Positions 25,314-34,915 of a stretch of 64,000 nucleotides of DNA are shown piece after piece. The first letter of the stretch is position 1. Each line of letters starts with the position of its first letter. The stretch lies in the NCBI RefSeq assembly GCF_001194135.2, contig NC_068981.1:37369235-37433234 (forward strand). Direction: 5' to 3'. Made by a program: the position numbers and the translations under genes. The notes beneath the pieces were generated by a model that worked only from the letters and a program-made list of their open reading frames with translations, searched no databases and was not told the DNA's origin. The DNA is from Octopus bimaculoides. Taxonomy: Eukaryota.

Positions 25314-25745
25314 AGGCAGTGAATTGGCAGAAACGTTAGCACACCGGGCAAAATGCTTAGTGGTATTTCGTCTGCCGTTACATTCTGAGTTCAAATTCCA
25401 CCGAGGTCAACTTTGCTTTCATCCTTTCGGGGTTGATAAATTAAGTACCAGTTATGCACTGGGGTCGATGTAATCGATTTAATCCCTTTGTCTGTCCTTA
25501 TTTGTCCCCTCTGTGTTTAGCCCCTTGTGGGCAATAAAGAAATAGAAAACGTTAGCATGCCAGGCGAAATGCTTAGTGGTATTTCGTCTGTCTTTATGTT
25601 CTGAGTTTAAATTCCACCAAGGTCGACTTTGCCTTTCATCCTTTCGGGGTCGATAAATTGAGTACCAGTTGTGTGCTTGGGTCGATCTAATCGACTTTTC
25701 CCTTCCCCCAAAATTTTGGGCCTTGTGCCTAGAGTAGAAAAGAAT
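25314..25745 (+). mobile_element. Dimeric SINE family M, young-looking copy
   Basis: Two tandem monomers each with gaaacgttagca..ggcgaaatgcttagtggtatttcgtctg..ttctgagtt..aattccacc.aggtc.actttgc.tttcatcctttcgggg..gataaatt.agtaccagtt; they differ in their tails. Confidence 0.9.
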
Positions 25746-26289
25746 ACTACCATAACTACCACTACCAGCATTGCAAAAGCCAGTAGCAGCATCACCATCA
25801 CCACCACCACCACCACCGTTGCTATTTCGTTTCTCTTTGCTTTCTTTTTCTCCTTGCTTTTCTACATTTTATTCTTTCCTTTTTCTTTTTCTTTTTTTTT
25901 GTTTCTCCAGATTCTATCCATAAATTTCATCCCAGCTCCATTCATATTCTATTTGTTCTCCACTTTCTCTCCTCCTTCCTCATCCCTTTTTTTTTAATAT
26001 TTATTATTATTATTTTATTTTCAGCACCTTAAATGGCTACTCTTAAATTTTGATCCACCCTATTCTTTGCCACCCCATTTCCATTTATCTTCTGTCCCCA
26101 CCTTTTTTCCACCCACATCTCACTGGCCAACCTTTATAATTTACTTCTGCTGCATTTCCTTCCTCCCTAATATAGTAGCCTTTATTCCTACAACCTCCCA
26201 CCTTACACACACTCCATCCTCATCTTTCTATTCAGTCTCATTTACCCACTATCCCTCTACTCCACTCATCTATTTTCATTCATGAAATG

Positions 26290-26790
26290 AACCTATGAGG
26301 GAGGCCTTTACATGGTCGCTTGCCCAGCAGAAATAGCAGCCACGTCTCTCTAAAACCACTTCAAAACTAACTAAATATATAGAAGTAAAGAACACAATCC
26401 TAGACCTGAAATAAAGATGGAATGGTCACGGCTGGAATGCCTTTCCTCATAGGTCTGCTCATTCAGAACCCATCAGGAGCTCCAAAATAACTACTATTCA
26501 TCTTCCATCCATCATTCCCTTTCTTTACTGCTTTTTTGCCTCCCACTAATAGCTTCCAATTTTAACCATTTTTAACTTCATGGAGGGACTCTATATGGTC
26601 AATCAATCTGCTAGAAATGCCTGCCAAATTTCTTTGAAATCACATTTTGTTGTCTTAAGGATGAAAGAACACATGGCATAATATCATCCTCGGTTCAACA
26701 TTCCTGAAAAATAGGTGAAATAGTCATAGTTGAAATGCCTTTAGTAATATGTCCACCCAATAATCGATGACCTACGGCTAAACAACAGCT
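26290..26790 (+). mobile_element. Two adjacent (AAC)n-tailed retroposon copies
   Basis: atgagggaggcctttacatggtcgcttgcccagcagaaatagcagcc ... gatggaatggtcacggctggaatgcctttcctcataggtctg, and atggagggactctatatggtcaatcaatctgctagaaatg ... ctacggctaaacaacagc. Confidence 0.7.
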
Positions 26791-27011
26791 TCATTATCAT
26801 CATGCCATCACATCTTCATTATCATCATCCCCACCCATTGGTATTGTGGACACTTCCTTGCTTTCAGCAATGAATATGCAGTTATTTGACCAACAGAATT
26901 CCTGCTTAAGACATTAATCTGTAAGTGGCTGTGTATTCCACAGACACATGTACACTCAAGTGAAATCCATATGCCACAATATGACCAGGACAGGCCTTTG
27001 AATGAGAGAGA

Positions 27012-27062
<51 letters not shown>

Positions 27063-27161
27063 NNNNNNNNNNNNNNNNNNNNNNNNNNNNNNNNNNNNNN
27101 NNNNNNNNNNNNNNNNNNNNNNNNNNNNNNNNNNNNNNNNNNNNNNNNNNNNNNNNNNNNN

Positions 27162-27203
<42 letters not shown>
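27012..27203. repeat. (GA)n microsatellite spanning an assembly gap
   Basis: Direct reading. Confidence 0.95.
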
Positions 27204-27205
<2 letters not shown>

Positions 27206-27804
27206 AGTTATTAAATAAAATAGAGGAAAATCTCTCTCTGAACACACCTTTCTATCATAAAAAATGAAATAGATACATTGGATCATAGTCTAGAAACAAA
27301 TAAGAGTGTATAGACATGCTTAGAAATTTTTTGACCACTATCCCCCCACCACCACCACTGCCGTTGTCACCATCATCCTCACCATCATCATTACTGACAT
27401 GAGTTGGATGGCTCAACAGGAACCAGAGTCAGCAGACCATAACAAGCTCCAGGGTCTACTTTGACAGTTTCTATGACTGGTTATTTTTTGTAATGCCAAC
27501 CACTTTACAGGGTGTACTGGATTCTTTTTGTGATACAGCCACTAATAGGGTTACTATGTAAATCATAAGACTAACAAGAAAACCTTAACTGAGTGGAGGG
27601 TATTGGAAAGAGAGGCAGCTTTACATCACATGTTGGGAGATTAAATTATGATAGAGGGACAGAAAGAGAAAGAAATACATGCTGTGGAAGTGATACATGG
27701 TTATCCCATTTTATATAAAGGTGGATGAGAGTAACTGGAAAGGGAGCCAAAGATGGTGATGATGAGGTGTCAGGACATATTTTCAAGATACATGATGCAG
27801 GTGC

Positions 27805-28395
27805 AGATGTGGCTGTGTGGTAAGGAGCTTGCTTCCCAACCACATGATTCTGATTTCAGTCTCACTGTGTGGCACCATGAGCACATATCTTCTACAATAG
27901 TCTTGGGCTAACCAAAGCCTAGTGAGTGGATTTGGTAGATGGAAACTGAAAGAAGTCCATCGTGTATATATATATAACCCTAACCCTACACTCTCTGAGT
28001 GGTTGACGTTAGGAAGGGCATCCAGCTGTAGAAACTCTGCCAAATTTAGATTGGAGCCTGGTGTTGCCATCCGGTTTCACCAGTCCTCAGTCAAATCGTC
28101 CAACCCATGCTAGCATGGAAAGCGGACGTTAAACGATGATGATGATGATGATGATATATATATATATATGTATGTGTTTATTTGTGTGTGTCTGTGTTTG
28201 ACCTGCCATCGCTTGATAATCAATGTTAGTGTGTTTTGGCCCTTGTAATTTAGCAGTTCAGCAAAGAGACGGATAGAATAAGTACTAGGCTTACAAAGAA
28301 TACGTTCTGGGGCTGATTTCTTGACTAAAACCCCTTTAAGGCAGTGCTCCAGCATGGCTGCAGTCAAAAATGACTGAAACAAGTACAATAATGAA
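27805..28395 (+). mobile_element. Full composite CORE-type SINE (tRNA-like head, CORE-like body, TA microsatellite, M-like tail) interrupted by a nested insertion
   Basis: Head gtggctgtgtggtaaggagcttgcttcccaaccacatg; body gtgagtggatttggtagatggaaactgaaagaag; tail gatagaataagtactaggcttacaaagaat...aggcagtgctccagcatggctgcagtc...gactgaaacaagta. Confidence 0.88.
27986..28152 (+). mobile_element. 5'-truncated (GAT)n-tailed subfamily A retroposon nested in the SINE's (TA)n
   Basis: ctacactctctgagtggttgacgttaggaagggcatccagctgtagaaactctgcc...gcatggaaagcggacgttaaacgatgatgat; near-identical to the 52558 and 60975 copies. Confidence 0.92.
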
Positions 28396-28894
28396 AGAAT
28401 GTATAGAAGAAAGAATGGGGACAGAAGATTGGGAAAGGTAAGTGGAAAAAGCTCACAAGAGTGTCAGAGGAGATTGACAAATGATAAGAGATGGTGGTAG
28501 AGGGTAACATAGGAGTATTTCATTCATGAATGAAAGGTATGTAAAGTATGTATATCACCTTGGGTTAAAAAGAATATGGCAATTTCTTGGAAGATACAAA
28601 AAAAAAAAATTTTAAAAGCATTTTCCTTATATTTAGAATTTCTCATATACACAATCAAAGCTTGCTTTCAGCGAAGTTGAAGAATTAAAATATATACAAT
28701 CAATGTTTACTTCCAGCTCAGCCAAAAGCTGAACACATGCACAGGTGGAGATTGTTTATAGCCCAGCGGAGAACTTTGTGCGTGCACAATTGGAGCTTGC
28801 TTCCAGGCAAGCCAGCAGTACAAAGCTAGGCTACGAACACCTAACTCATGTCTTAGCATTCAGATACTGATTAATAATTAATCTATAAATATAT

Positions 28895-29170
28895 TGTTAC
28901 CTCTGCCTTTGTGAAGGCGGAGGTATTGTTTTCCGTCATGTTTGTTTCTTTGTTTGTCCGTAGACAAGATATCTCAAGAACCGCTGGATGGATTTGGATG
29001 AAACTTTTAGCGATGTTTGACCTTGTGACTGGCATGAACTAAATAGATTTTGGGATCGATCCAGTATCAAACAAGGATTTTGGATTATTTTTCCTGTTGG
29101 GTTTGTTTTTAGTATTCTTGTTTGTGAGAGCAGTTGAATTTATTTCAGATATTCTCATTTTAAAAATCAT
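28895..29170 (+). mobile_element. Helentron/HINE(DINE-1/pearl)-like non-autonomous element
   Basis: 5' hairpin acctctgcc-tttgtgaa-ggcggaggt, (gttt)n microsatellite, then gatatctcaagaaccgctggatggatttggatgaaactt...gatcgatccag. Confidence 0.6.
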
Positions 29171-29179
29171 CTCTGGCTT

Positions 29180-29340
29180 ATTGTTGTCTGTCTTTATGTT
29201 CTGAGTTCAAATTATGCTGAAGTCAACTTAGCCTTTCTTTCTTTTAGAGTCAAAGAAATAAATACCAGTCAAGCACTGGGTCAACGTAATCCACTTACCC
29301 CATTTGCAAAAATTGCTAGCCTTGTGTGAAAATATGAAAC
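29180..29340 (+). mobile_element. SINE family M, 5'-truncated
   Basis: tctttatgttctgagttcaaattatgctgaagtcaacttagcctttc...aaataccagtcaagcactgggtc. Confidence 0.75.
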
Positions 29341-29699
29341 TAATATATAAAATTACTTTATTGGTATTGAACATTGACCACACCTCTACTTGTGTGTCCC
29401 ATTCACTATCTCCATCTCTAACCATCTGTCAGACTCTTGTGAACATACCTATCCAATCCACTAGCCCTTTTTGATCCTATATGTTAATCCTTTCTTTTAT
29501 ATTCACCCCACATCTTGAGGGTATGCTTTTACCATCTTTTGCTCTCTTACGAGTTGGAGAAGCCATGCATTTCCTCTTCATCAAGACACTTGTTACCTGC
29601 TCAATACTACACCTCCACTCAGTGAAGGGGATTTGCTTTGTGAGTTGCTTAGTAACCTCACTAGTGCTTGCATGATAAAAAAAAAAGAAAAGAAAAGCA

Positions 29700-29870
29700 A
29701 ACAACATTCAATACACTCTTTAAAATGGCTGGCATTAAGAAGGGTGTCCAACTATAGAAACCATGCAAAAGCAGAGACTGGGACTTGTTGAAGTTGGTTC
29801 CTGTTGGACCACCCAACTCATGCCAGCATGGAAAAGGTTATTAAATAATAATGATGATGACACTGATGAT
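29700..29870 (+). mobile_element. (GAT)n-tailed RTE-related retroposon, degenerate
   Basis: ggctggcattaagaagggtgtccaactatagaaacc ... caactcatgccagcatggaaaag plus a gat tail. Confidence 0.65.
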
Positions 29871-30547
29871 GGTGATGTAGTTATTGGTTTGTTTTATGAG
29901 TGGTTTCTAAATAAATGCCTAACATTACTTCAATCTTTTAAGCTTATTCTGACTGCAAAACTTTATCATGATTATGAGTTTTTTTTTGTTTTTTTTTTGT
30001 AGCTAGTTAAATCCCATTTAGCTTACTTTTTTTAAGGGAAAAATAATATAACTGATACAAGATGCCAATACAAAATTAAACTTTTTGAAAGTAAACAAAG
30101 GATATACAAGAAAGTGTGAGTTTAAGAATCTTGCAAGTAGTTATGTGGAAATGTCTCTAAAAAGAAAATGCATTGTTAGCTATGTTGGTTATTTTCAGAA
30201 GAAAATCTGGTATTAAGCTCTGTAAATAAGGATATAATGATCTAAATAACCTGCATACAGCAATCACTCATGAAAAGTCATTGATTCAGTTACAAACATA
30301 TGCTAATTTAAAACAATTTTGATAAAAAGGTAGCATCAATTTAGTGCTAAGCAGAAATTACTTGTATCATTGTATTAACAGACAAAAGGATGTTTAGTAA
30401 AACAGAGATGATTTTAAAAGACTTGATTTTTGGACATGTAAGAATTGATTTTCATAGTTTTGATGAAAGTGAGTCATACAAAAGCAGGAGTATCTCTTGA
30501 ATTAGCCAGCACTCTTGATGATTTTGAGTGTGTGTGTTGTGTGTATG

Positions 30548-30578
30548 CATCATCATCATCGTTTAACGTCCGCTTTCC
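30548..30578 (-). mobile_element. Extreme 3' stub of a (GAT)n-tailed retroposon
   Basis: catcatcatcatcgtttaacgtccgctttcc, identical to the 3' end of the family. Confidence 0.85.
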
Positions 30579-30766
30579 TGCCCCATCTGATTATCAGTTA
30601 TTCCACAGACTTCAAAATCATTTGGACAGAAAAAGTATGAATTGTGTAGATAAGGTTGAAACAGTACTGAAGGAGTATTTTTCATCACGGAGAAGTGAAT
30701 TTTGGAAGAGGAGCCTTGCAAGTCTACCAGAGAGATGGAAGAGTATTGTAGAAAATAAAGGAGAGT
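30579..30766 (+). pseudogene. mariner (DD34D-type) transposase C-terminal fragment
   Basis: APSDYQLFHRLQNHLDRKSMNCVDKVETVLKEYFSSRRSEFWKRSLASLPERWKSIVENKGE matches the mariner motif (SPDL)APSDYHLF...LPERWxKxxxxxGEY. Confidence 0.9.
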
Positions 30767-30774
30767 TTACAAGT

Positions 30775-30830
30775 GGTGTCTCAATGGGTACAGACACCTC
30801 TGATGAGGCTCCAAGAAGGATTGAAAATTG
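30775..30830 (+). ncRNA. Degenerate hammerhead-like motif
   Basis: Hairpin ggtgtct/agacacc, then CTGATGA, stem gctcc/ggatt and GAAA; stem III and the cleavage triplet are not intact. Confidence 0.3.
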
Positions 30831-31594
30831 ATTAAAGTTGTTTCTTCTTTTTTTCTAATTTACAAAGAAATAGATAAGTATGACATGTTTCTATATCTAC
30901 TTTGTATGTCAGTGTTTTCGTTTCTGTATCTCTGTTTCTGTTTACTTTGGTTAAAAATTCAATCTTTTGTGTCCTCCTATGCCTTGTAGTTTAGTGATTT
31001 GACAAACAGAGATTGATGAAGTAAGTACTAGAAATGATATGGTCAACAAAATTCTCCAAAAAATAGTGATCCAGCAAAGCAGTACAAAAAGATATAATAG
31101 GTTTCCATATGAAATTCCAGTAACAAAACACGGGTGAAAAGATTCTTGCTCAAATGCTGGGATATAGGATAGTACCTAAATCAGCATGGTTGCAAAGCAG
31201 ACAGAGTTTTGTTAGTTTTCTCTAACTCTCAGCTCACTGCCAGTTTCTACTTGTCTCATCATTCTTGTTCATATCTCTTGTTTTGTCATATCATTTAGAA
31301 TTGTATATATATATATAATATAATAAAGACTCCCATGGCTGAAATGGTATTTATTCATTCATTTTGTGTATTTCTCTGCACAACCAACTCATTTGCTTTT
31401 TCCACACATTTCCACTTCTTATTGTCACCATTCCTATTCTCCTCCTCTCTTTATTCTTACACTTTTCTTCTTATTTTTATATCTTAATGCTTAAAACAAA
31501 CTGCTTTACGCACCCTGCTTATCGGTGATTATTTTTGTTATTATTTTATGAACATTGTTAATTTTTGTTAATGTATTAAAGATCATCAAAACAT

Positions 31595-31728
31595 TGCTAC
31601 TGCTGCCAAAACGACTACCACTACTACTACTACTACTACCACCACGACTACTTCTGCTGCCACCACCACCACCACCACTACCACCACCACCACTGCTGCT
31701 GCCACCAATGCTGTCACTACTGCCGCTG

Positions 31729-31769
<41 letters not shown>

Positions 31770-31790
31770 GCTACTGCTGCTGCTGCTACT
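31595..31790. repeat. Register-locked trinucleotide mosaic (CTA/CTG/CCA/CGA)n
   Basis: Direct reading; gives artefactual poly-Leu/Pro and poly-Ser/Gly ORFs. Confidence 0.9.
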
Positions 31791-32442
31791 TTTTGTTAAG
31801 CACATAGCATCTGAACATCAACTATTTGATATTTTCCCTCTCTATCAGTGAAATGGTAAAAACAAAAATAAAACAAAAAACAAAATGGTAACAATAAAAG
31901 AAAAACAAAACAAAATATTAACAAAATAAAAGGTCAGATTAAGATACGACAAGATATTTTCTCTCAACGAACTTCTAGTAATGTCTTTTATTTCAAATGA
32001 GAAAGCTACTTCCGGATGCTGTGAAAAGAACGAAAATGCAAAGTTTTGTCTCTAATTGCATAGAATAAACAAATAGACCAGCAAACAAACAAATAAACAA
32101 AGCAAAAAAACTGATGTGACAAAAACCCATAGTAATGGCATTACTAAGCAGTTTTCTTTATCATCGCGTTTCAATGAATCCACCGATTGTTAATAGTGTG
32201 AATGAGAAAATATAGCTTTCTTAATCAGATAATTTAGACATAGCAAGCAAACAAACTGTATGTGTTATCCACACACATACAAACAGACCTACCCTGTACT
32301 CTCCACTCATATACCCCACCCCAAAGCACAAACACATATGTATGTCTGTACATATATATACATAATATACATTCTGTATATATATGTGTGTGCGTGTATA
32401 TATATATATATACAAACAAACACAAACACACTCACATATGCA

Positions 32443-32485
32443 CACACATAGAGACGCACACACATAGAGACGCACACACATAGAG

Positions 32486-32490
<5 letters not shown>
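32443..32490. repeat. 16-bp minisatellite x3 (cacacatagagacgca) inside a CA/TA microsatellite field
   Basis: Three exact units. Confidence 0.9.
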
Positions 32491-32525
<35 letters not shown>

Positions 32526-32732
32526 TTCTATATACATATATGTATATGCATATATATATACATCTATATATAGATATATATATTGTATGTAAATAAATAC
32601 ATATATACAACATACATGCACATATATGCATGTAAACATGCCTATATCTATATGAGTATATATATATATGCTACATATATATATATATATATATATATAA
32701 CAGCATGTATGCATATTCATACATATACATAT

Positions 32733-32802
<70 letters not shown>

Positions 32803-33180
32803 GTACACACACATCAGGTATTTAAAAGTGTAAGAAGTTTACTGAAAGATATAAGATGAAGAAGGAAAATTTATATGATAATGTCTCATTTGAAATTATG
32901 GATTTTAGAAAATTAATGTGAATTTCTTCAAATCTATTTCCTCAGCTTCAATAATCTCTAAACAATAGCAGCAAATACAGAAAAATAAAATAAAAAGCAA
33001 ATGTAAAATTTTTGTATTATAGTATAAAAATAATGAGATTATCGATGCAGAAATAGCATTTTCTTTGCAAGTTAATATTATTCTTAGAGTGAAATATATT
33101 TTCCCCAGCGATAATAGTCATTAATGTAATGCTTGTCATAGTTCATATACTAGTATATTGACTCATTAATATCATATTGC

Positions 33181-33219
<39 letters not shown>

Positions 33220-33520
33220 TCTTTTACCAGATTTAATCATTGGATTGCAGCCATACTGTGAGACTGCTTTAAGTGTTTTAGCTAACTGTGCTTATTTCAA
33301 TCTGGTGCTTAGTTTATTGATCTTTATGCTACAAATCACCAAGTTGCAGTTTATTTCATAGTCAAACCCAACAGGCTGGCTTGAATTTATGCAGTGTGCA
33401 TAAGATATTTGAGGACAGATTTATGTATATAAAAAAAAAGAAAAAACATATAGAGTAACAGATAACTTTATTTATCAAAAAATGCTATGAGGATAAAAAT
33501 AAACCTTTTTTTATAAAATG

Positions 33521-34187
33521 TTATTCAATAAAGCCACCTTCAGCTTCAACAACTGCTTCTACATGAGACCTAAATTATCTACATGCTCGAATCAAGTGGT
33601 CCTGGTTCATTTTGGACATTACTCTGACTATGGCAGCTTTCAAAGAATCTTTGGTTTTATGGGCGTGTACATTGACCTCTCACTCAACAATGCTCCACAT
33701 GTAATAGTCCAATGGATTGAGATCTGGAGAATTAGGAGGCCAAATGTTAGGGGTTATATGATTATGAAAATTTTCTGCCATCCAATCCTGTGTTACTAGA
33801 GCCATGTGTGATAGTGCAGAGTCTTACTGAAACACACATGGCTTTCCATTGCATACACTGTCTATCCAGGGCTTAACAATTGTTTCCAGGACCTCAATGT
33901 AGGTTTCAAAATTTCACTCTAAGGCCTTGTGGAAGGAAGTAAGGAGGTATCACATGCCTTTCATTGCTGACAACCCTTAAAACCATGACAGTTGCAGGAA
34001 GTTTTGTATGCATAACACTTGGAACTTCAGAAGGGTCTGCACATAACCAACTTCCATTTCTTCTGTTAACTTTTTGATCTTGGTCAAATTTTTTCTCTTT
34101 TGAGAAAAAACAAATTAAATCTTCTGGATTTTTTTGTTTGTTTATGAACCTTTTAGATCTGATGTAGTGATTTTCTTTCCTCATCAT
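33521..34187 (-). pseudogene. Tc1/mariner DD37D (maT family) transposase relic
   Basis: Translation ...PATVMVLRVVSNERHVIPPYF...CVFQ*DSALSHMALVTQDWMAENFHNHITPNIWPPNSPDLNPLDYYMWSIVE...AVVEAEGGFIE*; 37 residues between the second and third Asp, with in-frame stops. Confidence 0.9.
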
Positions 34188-34240
34188 ATAAGACTTATAT
34201 CTGATGTCATCGTGGACAATATTTCCATTCCTTCTGACAC

Positions 34241-34277
<37 letters not shown>

Positions 34278-34386
34278 TAATAATCATCATCATCATCATC
34301 ATCATAATAATAATAATAATAATTATAATAATGATAACACCGAAAAATACCTTAGGAATGAGAATCCAGGTTCAAAATTTCTCCAA

Positions 34387-34432
34387 GATACTTGATGAAG
34401 ACTGGAGGGTATATCAGCCAAAACGTTGTGTC
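34387..34432 (+). ncRNA. Minimal type I hammerhead ribozyme of a Penelope-like pseudo-LTR, core mutated
   Basis: gatac-TTGATGA-agactgg...tcagcc-AAAAC-gtt-gtgtc: stem I gatac/gtgtc, stem II gactgg/tcagcc, palindromic AACGTT stem III; core CUGAUGA changed to UUGAUGA and GAAA to AAAA. Confidence 0.65.
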
Positions 34433-34915
34433 AACAACAAAGATGAGGACAAATATCTGTCAAATATAAATAATGTAAATAATGTACATTATTCCTCATC
34501 TCTTAAATATAGAACTGGAGTACATTTATATTTAATTAAGTTAATTTAATTCAATCATGAATTTACATCATTATTATTACATTTCTGTACAAAATGATCG
34601 TCTGTAAGAATTAAACTTCTTATATATTTTAACAACTTGTCTCCTACATTTTTAACTAAATTGATGATTTTTATGGGACTTCATTCCATAAATTCACCAT
34701 ACATTATATACAAGTACTACTTTTATATCATCACAAATTTACATCTGTAAACTCCCAGCAAAGTATGAAGAATCAACATAAGAAATCTTGTTTGGAAACA
34801 TCCAAATTAAAGGACAAATCCACATTCAACCTTTATACATATATATTACTATTATCATTTTAATAACCTTTATTAATAAGAACTTAATTTCTAAGAAATA
34901 AAAATAAAGAATAAA

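Noticed and set aside
27806-27880. tRNA-like A/B-box sequences in SINE heads as tRNA genes
   Set aside because: No cloverleaf or anticodon arm, and each continues into a SINE body.
30445-30831. 128-aa ORF as a genuine gene
   Set aside because: It is a chance in-frame fusion of unique sequence, a microsatellite, a retroposon stub and a mariner fragment.
31506-31851. Poly-Ser/Gly and poly-Leu/Pro ORFs
   Set aside because: A trinucleotide mosaic open on both strands, with no splice or domain support.
32443-32490. Short direct repeats as a CRISPR-like array
   Set aside because: The units are contiguous with no spacers, in a eukaryotic microsatellite context.
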